Source: Candidatus Pelearchaeum maunauluense
GTDB taxonomy: Archaea > Thermoproteota > Nitrososphaeria_A > Caldarchaeales > Caldarchaeaceae
Length of the DNA: 49,476 bases
NCBI GenBank assembly: GCA_030059675.1
Contig: JANVYQ010000012.1
Span: 1 to 49,476 of the forward strand
Direction: 5' to 3'
In this document: piece by piece, positions 29,801 to 38,492 of the stretch
Layout of the letters: the number at the start of each line of letters is the position of its first letter
Numbering within the stretch: the first letter of the stretch is position 1
Position numbers and translations under genes: made by a program
The notes under the pieces: generated by a model
What the model was told of the DNA's origin: nothing
Seen by the model: the letters and a program-made list of their open reading frames with translations, nothing else
Databases searched by the model: none

Positions 29801-31082
29801 TTGTGAGGAACTTATCGACATACAGGACGGCGCATTCATCTACTCCTACAGTGCATCGATACTTGATGCCGAGTCCCGCTGCCCGCCGAGCGGCTGGGGC
29901 AGGAGCTTCGACATCATAACAAGGGTCTTCGACCTGAGGATACGCTTCGTCTACGGTGATGCGCAGAAGCCAGCCGACCCGTACTTCGTCTTCAGCTCAC
30001 CATCGCTAGCACTGCCAGATGATTTCAAGATAGACGGCCAGGCACCGGTCTTCAAGGCCAGTCGCCTAGTCAGGGGCACGTATGAGGTGACAGCATACTG
30101 GCCAGGCAAGGGCGGCGTAGAGGTAGGCAAGAGGACATTCGACATAAGCGAGGCCAACGTCGGCACGGTTGAGGGCACGGTACAGCTAGCCCTACGCGAC
30201 GTTAGCTTCCTAGTCGTGGACAGGCAAGGCAGGCCACTATCACAGCCACAGGTCAAGGTATCGCCAAGCGAGGTGATACGCGAGCTACCGGACAGGCCAG
30301 AGAACCCAGTTACGATAATCGCAATGCCCGACGGGATAACATACACCCTCGAGATCTCCTGGACCAGCCCAGACTTCGGAACAAAAGCAACCGCCGTCGT
30401 GAGAGAGTCGCCGAAGGGACTGGCCGAGAAGGGCGTCGTCGTAGTGCCCGTTGACGACGTGCAGCTGAAGGTTGTCGACCTAGAGGGCAGAGCGGTCGCC
30501 GGCTCTGCCGTCTCGCTGGGGGGCAAGGAGGTAGGCAGGACAGACAGCCAGGGCATCGTCGTGGTAGGCAACGTACCGCTGGACAACGAGTACACGGTGA
30601 CGGTGGTCAAAGACGGTGCGAAGCTGGCTGAGGAGCCGGTGAGGTTCACCGCCGCGAGGCTAGAGGCAACGGTCAAGGCAGGAATCTACGACGTAACCGT
30701 CTTCGTCAAGGGCGCTGCAGGCCAGCCGATTGAGGGCGCCACAGTCAGGCTGCTCCGCAACGGAGTCGAGGTAGCTGCAGGCGCAACAGACGCAAGCGGC
30801 CAGGTAGCGTTCGAGAAGCTGATGATAGGCGAATACCAGGTCGAGGCCACGGTGCCAGGCTTCAGCGCAAGCGGAACACTGGCACGCGAGCAGAAGTCGA
30901 TAACGCTGACGCTAGACCTCTACACCGTGCTATTCGGCGTGCCCATGACCTTCGCCACATTCCTAGCGCTCATCATCGGTCTAATACTGCTGGTGATAGT
31001 CATCGTCGTCGTCATCAGCGAATACATCCGCTGGCGCGGCAGGCGTCTCGGAATCTACCCACCGGCACCACCAAAGAAGTAA
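23808..31082 (+). CDS. very large S-layer/cell-surface glycoprotein with C-terminal carboxypeptidase-regulatory-like repeats and TM anchor
   Basis: signal peptide, many NxS/T sequons, repeated V.D..G.PL beta-sandwich starts, C-terminal TM and basic tail. Confidence 0.85.
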   Translation: MSQAQTRASRNTTALLVATALVLALPLALFAAQPAEAQESLWLKLVTNAWKGTDCPPATGSRLTGVPACAPTTGGFADRYNATNTFVELYFNLRLSPGAPPPAESVGPFYPNATGFVQIPWQTRYNTYDNLTIFVKAKSFQGNDIGAGKPFNGIIVYALFVTNDNDTVKKITGIEGVAGQYNVTVNDDGLVDTHKTASAGGTGSNFGKDFGLRGGRGSTDNMTTGPVDILTSMGGKGKFALKWFAGNFSKPVDAWIARTAYLFKVFHVHSWYNVKDNVTYAQIFVYDNDHTSGGSPDSTLVAVTTRSDGQARYTREVYPTAALDYLGFNDNKLVPIPLQTINLNNRTAYHGGIIDPNARTTGIAERNQVGAAKLNATVRVWWETVLVNQTLYAGKEYNGTPNYFDLTNVNNMNKKRPLFGGSFPPSGTTSTAGPLSMVYNNTVNPGTPPKKGIFVNGTTIPETKNVASFLNATVFAFRCAVHDKDLAIHNPGGKDNMQGALCEVNLVGYDNITQYYLTRQLGQTNEDGITTEGHSYGGQLKPLDTFLRVPNATWGYRGALNASYYYDPRDARNFGDINKDPRVVVDIGYVWTRTLADDKAPYSGLAIQIKWKGGVNNAYGGAWVVVNMTRIYNPYDIALKKGSDPTPNPNNVGTLTTEGDDPSLAWIGSGGLIQRGTHPEVKEFHPNATAYPSPLKGLLQDIEDIKQIVDPLTPKEFKVGGVRFGIDGLLNITANVFDIAIRATDDLGVILDDASTDVLLRQTGKSIPLEFVTDPTTNASGYWVAFQMPGERGYGVVVMYEGTEVYRNEAEIPKLVKTVFIEVKARVFQIKLLFVDCEGRPLGDSIVSYIHTTVGPVQGLTDTTGVIDLGRMPKGSLTFRSLYWKGVDVPFIKATWPNGTEVKPAADGTIQLKIDKSWSSPIVLTALINDIVFSTWDFDGEVAIPRLNITIWWEGYNISDPTKSAWTFLETMDPGKYATPIPPPIPVKNPAGFDDSDPYNTSVRVAQFFRYVIQYFKDGNEYIFYQMPTAKLGDAGVEAVEYNIVVTTVPDDRWGLAAAAAAFLTPGSNMWPGTGKPVPWESKIIWKPTAKSVTPTEAHGSGIDDRVVLRTSTSLLTEACGVQSVRLNTWAHDFSKRLVDGEETRLGDANYKIKNDNLQTMEIITTSWTEDNLDVTAINKDDPLDSKIWWNGSYVARDLVFAAYFYPFKEPSGGYIKDPGLVELIDGNDALLGDGPAWPFKNIFGETVPSVTIDQFFNNTPDFTKGAWNNTWPEHNFTVIGSQELWDQTKWRWEKAVSDRRVPAVPSREQTLVFEDELLKIPLPVGFITLDLRDQDGKDPLPYAVVQLSIFHDNQFGPGVTATEFLRVRWKTGIEGNLTLLLPIAGMMNETLDTKGVTAGGLINYTLTVFWYLNSGIVYKDAFNLTKRGYSVGNVAVADTTFVLAISADKERAVKDLYAKIWWFNVSAYIKNKVTQAVHPGQLVVDHEGRTWKLTELDETKGGAAWADGKVTVNLVPTSKRFTVSDWTLEYDSTTRRYEYKEVTRTFDIPYPSDKNGAPLDGWPYVPAPNDYVRVLTYAEDWAIQYRVSVWHPDLAIPPTDASYGAGAWEGTLYELVWRASWEFRFAWMLFGDEPFDISFWRGTSGRGDFKPLPGYALTRTWVAEPEPGAKTVAIKLNAADVEIPVYWQVGDSDLGTYDCGPLYGYMVKGRIIQPEGSTLPNIIIDTTAQSPRVQAGVEVHDVCSVFKEDGKVWLVKYVSGNTPDTVVWGGATLRIDEVSPPPEIWADSSDPVKGKGTWSNYWKTWVGSAEDPITKKKVSEELKEGNQLDIPGVDLGIQYMGYGVPYYGVSFVATVQVVSNDPDTREHRPFVATFVFQNVSARITDFNGRPLPGSFFQLIDAQTGKSAGWSYAGPDGQIVPIPIRKPGGTFILRVFYLGYKEDGVPTWPVNSFARWPVVYDSREDEVEVRAQKPDVPLGFQYVDEGGPVWTGAGWAEVCEELIDIQDGAFIYSYSASILDAESRCPPSGWGRSFDIITRVFDLRIRFVYGDAQKPADPYFVFSSPSLALPDDFKIDGQAPVFKASRLVRGTYEVTAYWPGKGGVEVGKRTFDISEANVGTVEGTVQLALRDVSFLVVDRQGRPLSQPQVKVSPSEVIRELPDRPENPVTIIAMPDGITYTLEISWTSPDFGTKATAVVRESPKGLAEKGVVVVPVDDVQLKVVDLEGRAVAGSAVSLGGKEVGRTDSQGIVVVGNVPLDNEYTVTVVKDGAKLAEEPVRFTAARLEATVKAGIYDVTVFVKGAAGQPIEGATVRLLRNGVEVAAGATDASGQVAFEKLMIGEYQVEATVPGFSASGTLAREQKSITLTLDLYTVLFGVPMTFATFLALIIGLILLVIVIVVVISEYIRWRGRRLGIYPPAPPKK

Positions 31083-31096
31083 ACAGCCAACAACAC

Positions 31097-31145
31097 CCCT
31101 CTTTCTCTCCCGAAACACCCCGTATCTCCCCTCCCTTCTTTTATT
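31097..31145 (+). terminator. pyrimidine/T-tract terminator
   Basis: CTCTTTCTCTCCC...CCTTCTTTTATT after stop. Confidence 0.5.
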
Positions 31146-31289
31146 GGCTCAAACACCTGCCTAGCGGCAGCCATCATATTACGGGGCTACTACCCCAGAC
31201 AGCCTGGGATAGGCTGTCGAGAAAACCCGAGGGCAGGGCTGTGCAATACGTTTTAAAGCCAGCCCAGACAGCCTAGTGGGCGGATGTAG

Positions 31290-32348
31290 ATGAGGAGAGC
31301 AGCAGCACTGGCGCTGGCGGCGTATATCACGGCCACACTCGCGCTAATCGCCACGGCAGCGCAGCCGCAGGACCCCTGCCTGGCCGCGAAGCCGGTAAAC
31401 GTGGCCGAGATAACCGGCAAGCTGGTGGGAACCCTGACAAAAACACCTAACGACGCCGATTTCTACAGGATAGTGGGGGTAAAGCCTGGGCAGGAGCTGG
31501 TGCTCTCCATCAAAGCCAGCGCCAACACGAGCGTCTCGCTCAACGCGGCGCTCTTCCGCGAGGTCTCTCCAGGCGTATTCGCCCTAGTCGACGAGAACAA
31601 CATAGTCATAGGCAGGCAGCCCGTCGAGCTGGGCTACCGCTGGCTGGAGGCGGAAACAGAGAAGACCAGCCTAGGAAGCTTCTGCATAAAGGTTAGCCAG
31701 TTCTCGGAAGTCTTCCAAGTCAGCACAACCTACGAGATAAGCGTGTCCGTAGCAGAGATGTTCGACACCGGGGGCGTGGACGCGCCAAGCTATCTAGACG
31801 GCGCCGTAAGCCTAGGGGTCTTGGAGCCGGGCAAGAAGCTCACGATAACAGGCTTCCTCTCAGCCGCGAAGAAGGGGAATGACTACATAGACATCTACAA
31901 GCTGAGCCTAACAGCGGCGCGCGGGGACAGGCTTGTCATCAAGCTAGTAGGAAGCCCCGAAGCGGTGCTCGACCTAGCGCTGATGGACCAGAAGGGGGAG
32001 GTCACGCTCAGGTCCAATAAGACCACGGTCGGCGAGGCGGCGCTGAGCCTCAGGCTGGAGAAGGCGGGAGACTATGTCTTCTACCTCAGGATATCGAACT
32101 CAGGCGGCCTGGGTGGAAGCGCAGAGTACACCGCTACCATCGAGCTGCAGCCCGCTGGCGGCCAGGAGGAAGGCGGCCAGCAGAAAGGCGGCCAGCCGGG
32201 GGTAGAGCCGCGGCTAAGCGACCAGACCGCGCGCCTCATAGTCATAGGCAGCACAGCAGCAGTAGCGGCCACGTCAATACTGGCGATAATAATAAGAACA
32301 CGCCGCAGAAGAGCAGGCGAAGAATACATAGAATACGAATACTACTGA
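31290..32348 (+). CDS. membrane-anchored protein with two PPC-like beta domains
   Basis: DADFYRI, NDYIDIYKL, signal peptide, C-terminal TM plus RRRR. Confidence 0.75.
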   Translation: MRRAAALALAAYITATLALIATAAQPQDPCLAAKPVNVAEITGKLVGTLTKTPNDADFYRIVGVKPGQELVLSIKASANTSVSLNAALFREVSPGVFALVDENNIVIGRQPVELGYRWLEAETEKTSLGSFCIKVSQFSEVFQVSTTYEISVSVAEMFDTGGVDAPSYLDGAVSLGVLEPGKKLTITGFLSAAKKGNDYIDIYKLSLTAARGDRLVIKLVGSPEAVLDLALMDQKGEVTLRSNKTTVGEAALSLRLEKAGDYVFYLRISNSGGLGGSAEYTATIELQPAGGQEEGGQQKGGQPGVEPRLSDQTARLIVIGSTAAVAATSILAIIIRTRRRRAGEEYIEYEYY

Positions 32349-32409
32349 AGGCGATGAGAACCCATTAATATGCGGCGGCTCCCACCATAACAGCCAAGGA
32401 GACGCCCCC

Positions 32410-33018
32410 TTGAGCATAAAGGACGAGTTCCTAAGCCTCCTAGAGAGGGATAAAGAGTTTCGATATGCCGTAGCTGGACTCCTAGGCCTAGAAGAGATAC
32501 TCAAAAGACTAGACCGACACGAGGAGGAGCTGGTCAAGCTCAGGGAAGATATGAACAAGCTCAGAGAAGACATGAATAAGCTCAGGGAGGACATGAACAA
32601 ATTAAGGGAAGACATGAACAGAGGCTTCGCGTTGGTTGAGAGGCATATAACGGCGCTGGGAGCTAGGTGGGGGCTTCTCACCGAAAACGCGTTTAGAGAG
32701 GGTCTCAGAGATTTGCTGGAGAAGGAGCTGGGGCTTAAGGTAGAGAAGTGGTCTAGGTTTGATGAACGTGGAATGGTCTTCGGATACCCCAGCCTAGTCG
32801 AGATAGACGTAGCAATAAGGGATGATAGGATAATCTTAGTGGAAGTCAAATCCCACGTAGGCGCTGGGGATGTGTATTCGTTTAAGCGAAAGGGCGAGTT
32901 CTACGCGGCAAATGAGGGGAAGAAGCCAGACCGGCTGGTAATCGTAACGCCTTATGCCGATGCGAAAGCCGTTGAAGCAGCGCGGCACCTAGGGATAGAG
33001 GTCCATACAAAAATATAG
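32410..33018 (+). CDS. coiled-coil plus PD-(D/E)XK nuclease-like protein (DUF3782-like), paralog of 17174..17854
   Basis: DKEFRYAVAGLLG, ALGARWG, EIDVAIRD...LVEVKS. Confidence 0.88.
   Translation: MSIKDEFLSLLERDKEFRYAVAGLLGLEEILKRLDRHEEELVKLREDMNKLREDMNKLREDMNKLREDMNRGFALVERHITALGARWGLLTENAFREGLRDLLEKELGLKVEKWSRFDERGMVFGYPSLVEIDVAIRDDRIILVEVKSHVGAGDVYSFKRKGEFYAANEGKKPDRLVIVTPYADAKAVEAARHLGIEVHTKI
32536..32619 (+). repeat. 4 x 21-bp tandem repeat (KLREDMN)
   Basis: AAGCTCAGGGAAGATATGAAC-type units. Confidence 0.92.
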
Positions 33019-33104
33019 GAGTCGGGTTTGAATGTGTTTAAATACGCAGGCCTACTAATACTCCTCCTAGAAAGGCGCTCTAAAGGGAGCCGCGTGATGC
33101 TGCC

Positions 33105-33533
33105 TTGCCCAGAGGATACCGATTCCTAGAGCATATGTCGGATGTTTATGTCGAGGCTTATGGGGGCTCGTTGGAGGAGGCCTTCGCCCAGGCTGGCCTG
33201 GCGCTCTTCAGGACGATAATACCAGAAGCAGAAGGCGCTGCTAGAAGCGTGGAGGTCGAGGCTGAGGGCGACGACCTGCAGCAGCTCCTCTACAACTGGC
33301 TTGAGAAGCTCCTGCTGGTGTTTGAGATGGAGCAGCTCGTGGGCACGGATGTGGTGGTTGAAGCGGTAGAACGGGCTGGTGACGGCTATAGGATTAGGGG
33401 CAGGGTGGTAGGGGTTGATTACGACCCAGCGAGGCACAAGACTGGAACAGCCGTCAAGTCGCCCACCTACTGGAGGATGGAGATACAGGAAGGCGACGTG
33501 GGGGTTGTTTTGAGGTATGTGCTGGATATCTAG
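33105..33533 (+). CDS. archease
   Basis: YRFLEHMSDV.VEAYG.SLEEAF, LLYNWL, VKSPTY, VLDI C-terminus. Confidence 0.93.
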   Translation: MPRGYRFLEHMSDVYVEAYGGSLEEAFAQAGLALFRTIIPEAEGAARSVEVEAEGDDLQQLLYNWLEKLLLVFEMEQLVGTDVVVEAVERAGDGYRIRGRVVGVDYDPARHKTGTAVKSPTYWRMEIQEGDVGVVLRYVLDI

Positions 33534-33539
33534 GGATGC

Positions 33540-34400
33540 GTGCCGCTGATGAGCCTAGTACCGCGCCGCGGCGCGAGGCTTGATGTCCTGCTACCCATGA
33601 GCATCGCGGCCGAGGCGCCTCACCTCAGGGAGAAGACGCTCCGCATAGGCTGGGTGGGCAGGATACTCGCAACATTCAGGGTGGATACGGTCATACTGTA
33701 CCCAGACAGCGCCAGCCCAGACATCAAGAACGCAACGCTGGTTAAAGAGCTGCTCGACTACCTGGTAACAGCTCCCTATCTAAGGAGGCGTCTCTACCCG
33801 CTGAGGCGCGTGCTACGCTACGCTGGCTTGCTTCCTCCCCTCAACATACCCACGCATCCTGAGAGGGGAGCGATACGGAGGCAAGGCACTCACTATCGTG
33901 AAGCTCTCGTAATAGCGGAAGGCGAGACATCGACGCTTGAGGCGGGGCTTAGTAAGCCTGTGAAGCTGGGGAGGCGTCTCAAGAAGGGCTCGCGGCCAAT
34001 ACTCAAGATACGCGTCTCCGGGGGGGGTCGTGTCAAGATTAGGGCTCTGCCGCGCGAGAGGTGTGAGGTCTATCCAGGGTATAGGGCTGTGATAGTTAAC
34101 CGGCCGCTGCGCGAGATAGTGGGAAAGTATGGTCTCAGGATAGCCACCTCGCGGCTGGGCAAGCCCTTTCCCGAGGAGGCCAGCCGAATATCAGAACTCG
34201 CATCGAGTTCTGAGAGTATCTGCGTAGCATTCGGCTCGGCAGATAAGGGGCTACACGAAATAGCGGCCGAGCAGGGATTCAAGCTGGAAGAAGTGTTTGA
34301 CGCGGTGCTAAACTTCGCACCCCAGCAGGCCGTCAAAACAATAAGAACAGAAGAAGCCCTCGCATACACACTAGCACAACTAAACAACCACATACCTTGA
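33540..34400 (+). CDS. SPOUT RNA methyltransferase (DUF171/MTH1-like)
   Basis: Y..TAPYLRR, AGLLPPL..PTH, IATSR.G, QAVKTIRTEEA; usual neighbour of rpl3. Confidence 0.88.
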   Translation: MPLMSLVPRRGARLDVLLPMSIAAEAPHLREKTLRIGWVGRILATFRVDTVILYPDSASPDIKNATLVKELLDYLVTAPYLRRRLYPLRRVLRYAGLLPPLNIPTHPERGAIRRQGTHYREALVIAEGETSTLEAGLSKPVKLGRRLKKGSRPILKIRVSGGGRVKIRALPRERCEVYPGYRAVIVNRPLREIVGKYGLRIATSRLGKPFPEEASRISELASSSESICVAFGSADKGLHEIAAEQGFKLEEVFDAVLNFAPQQAVKTIRTEEALAYTLAQLNNHIP

Positions 34401-34407
34401 GGAAGTT

Positions 34408-34546
34408 ATGGAAGATTGTATGAGGCTTGACAAATATTACACGACCTCCCAGGTATCCAGATGTATGGGAATCAGGTTTTCCCGAAGAGTATTTCTCTAA
34501 AAGGGAGGCTGAGGAAGCCGTTACTAACAGTTTCAAGATAGATAGT
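34408..34546 (+). pseudogene. HEPN C-terminal remnant
   Basis: LDKYY then shifted RYPDVWESGFPEEYFSKREAEEAV. Confidence 0.7.
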
Positions 34547-34577
34547 CTTAAATAGACAAAGGTCTTTTATGTACATT

Positions 34578-34783
34578 GGGTCTGGCCGCTTAGCGGCCTG
34601 TGGATGATGTAAACCTTCAGATGGGGGCTTTCCCCACATGGATGACCTCGGGCTGGAAACGGCCTGAGCGAAGACGTGTGGGGCGGGATCGACCCGACAG
34701 GGCTGGAGGGCGATGCCGAGCCCGAGAGGGGGACAAGCCTGGTGACGGCCAAGGTCCACGTATCTCGATGTAGACCAGAACCC
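34578..34783 (+). ncRNA. ~206-nt structured ncRNA with K-turn, SRP-RNA-like architecture (identity uncertain)
   Basis: TTAAATA 24 nt upstream; closing helix GGGTCTGG/CCAGA(A)CCC; T-tract after; long GAAA-capped helix with GGATGA/GAAGAC; short helix; CCC-GAGA-GGG helix. Confidence 0.6.
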
Positions 34784-34961
34784 TTTGTTTCAGGAAGCGC
34801 ATCGTGATGGGGTAGTTTTGGTAGACGGGCTGGGCATATTCACGGAAGAAGGGGCGGCGAAATCTTAAAGTGGAAAGTAGCTAGACGGTCTCCAAACCTA
34901 GTTCAAGGTATTTATCCTCCTGCATCCTCTCTGCCCCAGCTAGAAGGGTAGGAGAAGGAGG

Positions 34962-35936
34962 ATGGGGCATAGGAAGTATTCTGCGCCGCGGCATGGGTCG
35001 CTTGCTTACCTACCGCGGGGTAGGGCTGCTAGGCTTGTCCCGCGGGTGAAGTACTGGCCAGACGGCGGGGATGTTAAGCCGCTGGGCTTCATAGCGTACA
35101 AGGCGGGTATGACCTCGGTCTATTACGTGGATAACACTCCCAACTCCCCGTTTCAGGGGACTGAGGTCCAGAAAGCGGCTACGGTGCTGGCTGCTCCGCC
35201 CATGTGGGTGGTGGGCATAGCGCTCTACGAGAACGTTGACGGCGCCCTACGCGATGTCCTGAAGATTTGGAGCAGCAACATGCCCGATGACATCAGGCGG
35301 CGGATAAAGAGCCTACGGCCCAACGAGGATGAGGCGCGTAAGAAGCTGGAGAGGATACGCGACAGGATTGCTGAAGTAAGGCTGATAGTCGCTACGCAGA
35401 CGCGCGTTGTTGGCGCTGGGAAGAAGCCGCATATCACGGAGATAAAAATAGGCGGCGAGCCGCAGAAAGCGCTGGAATACGCGCTCGGCAAGCTGGGAGG
35501 CGAGCTAAAGATATCCGAGGTCTTCCAGGAGGGTGAGTTCATAGACGTAATAGGCGTCACCAAGGGTAAGGGCTTTCAAGGCGTGGTGAAGCGTCATGGC
35601 GTCTCAAAGCTACAGCACAAGTCTAGGAAGACGGTCAGGGGCGTCGGAGCCATAGGTGGGAGGAATCCACCATACGTGACTTACCTCGTCCCACGCTCGG
35701 GCCAGATGGGGTACCATAGAAGGACAGAGTTCAACAAGCGCATACTGGTAATCTCTGGAGAGGGCGAGAAATACACGCCGCGTAGCGGTTTCCATAAATT
35801 CGGCGTCATAAGGAGTGATGTGGTTGTGGTTGAGGGCTCAGTCCCAGGCACGCCGAAGAGGCCTATAATCCTACGCGCCGCGGCGAAGCCGCCCCAGCCG
35901 ATAGAGAAGCCGGAGATAACTCTAATCAAGGTGTAG
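34962..35936 (+). CDS. rpl3: 50S ribosomal protein uL3
   Basis: APRHGSLAYLPR, YKAGMT, TKGKGFQGVVKR, GQMGYHRRTE. Confidence 0.97.
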   Translation: MGHRKYSAPRHGSLAYLPRGRAARLVPRVKYWPDGGDVKPLGFIAYKAGMTSVYYVDNTPNSPFQGTEVQKAATVLAAPPMWVVGIALYENVDGALRDVLKIWSSNMPDDIRRRIKSLRPNEDEARKKLERIRDRIAEVRLIVATQTRVVGAGKKPHITEIKIGGEPQKALEYALGKLGGELKISEVFQEGEFIDVIGVTKGKGFQGVVKRHGVSKLQHKSRKTVRGVGAIGGRNPPYVTYLVPRSGQMGYHRRTEFNKRILVISGEGEKYTPRSGFHKFGVIRSDVVVVEGSVPGTPKRPIILRAAAKPPQPIEKPEITLIKV

Positions 35937-36770
35937 GTGTTTTGGGGAATGTATGTCCAGACTGGCGTTCTGAAGCTGAAGGGAAAGGACGGCGGCGTGG
36001 TGCCGGTCTATAGCTTGGAGGGCGAGCAGGAGGGCGAGATAAGGCTTCCGCATATCTTCCTGACACCGAAGCGTGAAGACTTGGTGCGGCGAGCTGTGGT
36101 TCACCTACTCACGCACACCCTCCAGCCCAAGGGAGCCATGAAGGGCTCGGGCCACAAGTATTCGGTTGAATCTTGGGGGCCTGGCTATGGGATTGCGCGC
36201 ATAGCCAGGATACGCGGCCGCGGGACGCCCAAATACGGCTCTGGCGGCATGGTGCCCTCCGCCGTTGGGGGGAGACCCACGCACCCGCCTGTTCCTGAGA
36301 AGAAGATACATAAGGGGCTGAACAAGAAGGAGCGGCGTCTAGCCCTGGCGGTGGCGCTCGCATTTACGGCAAGCCGCGAGCATGTAGCGGGACGCGGCCA
36401 CCGCATACCAGAGGATAAACCACTCCCAATAGTTGTTTCAGACGAGCTGGAGGCGCTGAAGAAGACGCGCGAGGTTGAAGCCTTGCTGGAGAGGCTGGGG
36501 CTTGCCGACGAGCTGCGTAGATGCGCAGCACGGAAGGTTAGGGCTGGTAAGGGAAAGCGGCGCGGGAGGCGGTATAAGCAGCGCGTAGGCCCGCTCATAG
36601 TGGTAGCCAACGACCGCGGCGTGGGGGAGGCGGCTGGCAACATACCAGGAGTAGATGTGGTGGAGGCGCGAAACCTAAGCGTGCTACACCTAGCGCCAGG
36701 AGCGAAGCCAGGTAGGTTAGCGATATTCACACCAACAGCATTACAGATAATAGGTGAGAGACTGGCATGA
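35937..36770 (+). CDS. rpl4: 50S ribosomal protein uL4 (true start probably a little downstream)
   Basis: [42 protein letters not shown]. Confidence 0.96.
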   Translation: MFWGMYVQTGVLKLKGKDGGVVPVYSLEGEQEGEIRLPHIFLTPKREDLVRRAVVHLLTHTLQPKGAMKGSGHKYSVESWGPGYGIARIARIRGRGTPKYGSGGMVPSAVGGRPTHPPVPEKKIHKGLNKKERRLALAVALAFTASREHVAGRGHRIPEDKPLPIVVSDELEALKKTREVEALLERLGLADELRRCAARKVRAGKGKRRGRRYKQRVGPLIVVANDRGVGEAAGNIPGVDVVEARNLSVLHLAPGAKPGRLAIFTPTALQIIGERLA

Positions 36771-37027
36771 ACCCACAGCAACTCGTTAAACGCGTGCTCG
36801 TAGCGCAGGACACGGTCTCGCTCATAGAGCGGGAGAACAAGCTGGTCTTCATCGTAGACACGCGCGCCACGAAGCCGCAGATAAAGCAGGCGATAGAACA
36901 GCTGTACGGGGTCAAGGTGGAGAAGGTAAATACGCTGATAACGCCGCAGGGGGAGAAGAAGGCGTTCGTCAAGCTTAAGCCAGAGTACCGCGCGGCAGAC
37001 CTGGCTGTTAAGCTAGGAATCTTCTAA
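36767..37027 (+). CDS. rpl23: 50S ribosomal protein uL23
   Basis: [36 protein letters not shown]. Confidence 0.96.
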   Translation: MNPQQLVKRVLVAQDTVSLIERENKLVFIVDTRATKPQIKQAIEQLYGVKVEKVNTLITPQGEKKAFVKLKPEYRAADLAVKLGIF

Positions 37028-37150
37028 ACCTCAATCCACCTGTCAACAAAACGCGCGTACCATCCAGCATATTCTTCAGGAGTTACTATATGGAGCTCAA
37101 ACGGCTTCTTCCAATAATGCCAGCATCTCAAGATTATCCCCCTATAAAAA
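37024..37150 (-). pseudogene. MNT C-terminal remnant between rpl23 and rpl2
   Basis: PFELHIVTPEEYAGWYARFVD resembles PIELHIITREKFNGWYRRFI of MNT 20075..20395. Confidence 0.7.
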
Positions 37151-37319
37151 CAACCAGCCCCTCTTCTCCCAAAGACTTTCCATAAATTAGACCATATTTG
37201 GTGAATTAATGTATTGCAGCGTGGGTTTTTGGGTGGCTCTCCTTGAAATATAGGCCTCCCCCTCTTATGGCAATCCAAAAATAATGCGCTGGCGTTGTGG
37301 GGCTTTAGGTGTCTGCGGC

Positions 37320-38039
37320 TTGGGAAGGAACATTAGGGCGCAGCGGCTTGGGCGGGGCTCCCCCACCTTCAAGGCGTCGCTGGCGCGTAAGTATAGGGTA
37401 GGAATCCCCAGCATGCTGATACGGCAGGGGAAGATAGTGTCAGGTGTCGTCAGGGAGCTCGCCCACGACCCTGGACGCGGCGCGCCAGTAGCAGAGATAC
37501 AGGCAAACGGCACAGTCTTCGCAATACCAGCGGTTGAGGGGATGTACGTAGGCCAGGTACTCCAGATAGGCGAATCAGCAGAACCAGCGACGGGAAACAT
37601 AGTCCCGGTAGGGAGGCTGCCAGAGGGTACGGCGGTCTCATGTATAGAGCTACGTCCAGGAGATGGCGGCAAGCTAGTACGCTCCTCTGGCACGCACGCG
37701 ATAATCATGGCGCAGCTGGGCGATAGTACTATAATACGGCTACCCTCCAAGAAGACTTTAGAGGTTCCCGCATCATCCCTAGCGGTGGTGGGAGTTGTCG
37801 CTGGAGGCGGTAGGGTGGATAAGCCATTCCTAAAGGCGGGAAAGAAATACCACTGGATGAAGGCCAAGCACAGGCCATGGCCGCGCGTCAGGGGCGTCGC
37901 CATGGTACCAGCGCTCCATCCATTCGGCGGTGGTAGCCACAAGAAGATAGGCAGGCCGGAGACGATAGGCAGGAACGCGCCCCCAGGGAGGAAGGTGGGC
38001 CTTATAGCGGCGAGGAGAACTGGGAGGAAGAAACGCTAA
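37320..38039 (+). CDS. rpl2: 50S ribosomal protein uL2
   Basis: MGRNIRAQR.GRG, HDPGRGAP, WPRVRGVAM...HPFGGG; TTG start. Confidence 0.97.
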   Translation: MGRNIRAQRLGRGSPTFKASLARKYRVGIPSMLIRQGKIVSGVVRELAHDPGRGAPVAEIQANGTVFAIPAVEGMYVGQVLQIGESAEPATGNIVPVGRLPEGTAVSCIELRPGDGGKLVRSSGTHAIIMAQLGDSTIIRLPSKKTLEVPASSLAVVGVVAGGGRVDKPFLKAGKKYHWMKAKHRPWPRVRGVAMVPALHPFGGGSHKKIGRPETIGRNAPPGRKVGLIAARRTGRKKR

Positions 38040-38473
38040 GCAAAGCCATCCCCTCTCATCTCACCGCCTATCATACGCGCTATCTCGGCAAGCTCTTCAA
38101 GGCTGGTGTTTATCCTACCCATCCCACTCTTGAAGCGCTTCTCATCACCCGAATAACGGGGAATAACATGCACATGTACGTGGAAGATGACCTGCCCTGC
38201 TGCTGTTCCGTTGTTCTGTAGAAGGTTTAGGCCTGCTGGGTTGAGGGCGCGCCTAACAGCCTGCGCTACCCGCGCTGCAAAACCATAAAGCCGCGCCACG
38301 TCATCGGCGCTCATCTCAAAGACATCCTTGTAGTGTTTCTTAGGTGCGACGAGGGTGTGGCCGCGGGACATGGGCCTGATATCCATAAACGCTATGTGCT
38401 CATCATCCTCAGCTACGCGGGCAGCCCATTCCTCGCCGCGCACAATCCTACAAAACACGCAGTCGCTTAACAT
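38036..38473 (-). CDS. HIT family hydrolase
   Basis: DCVFC, GHTLV.PK.H, HVHVH. Confidence 0.95.
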   Translation of the reverse strand: MLSDCVFCRIVRGEEWAARVAEDDEHIAFMDIRPMSRGHTLVAPKKHYKDVFEMSADDVARLYGFAARVAQAVRRALNPAGLNLLQNNGTAAGQVIFHVHVHVIPRYSGDEKRFKSGMGRINTSLEELAEIARMIGGEMRGDGFA

Positions 38474-38492
38474 ATAATCACCAACCCCCTCC

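Noticed and set aside
23813-30676. Many long antisense and alternate-frame ORFs over the surface-protein gene (and other genes)
   Set aside because: Shadow ORFs from codon bias, with no motifs or translation signals.
31194-31274. 12-bp repeat CCCAGACAGCCT and hairpin after the surface-protein gene
   Set aside because: Too short to separate from chance or a simple terminator/operator without comparative data.
34584-34631. RNase P-like snippets GGCCGCTTAG and CAGATGGGGGCTT
   Set aside because: No matching CR-I (GAGGAA..TCCCCC) to form P4 nearby, and the motifs are in the wrong order.
34633-34684. Hammerhead ribozyme-like GATGA...GAA
   Set aside because: Lacks CTGATGA/GAAA and a third stem; fits a K-turn-like internal loop better.
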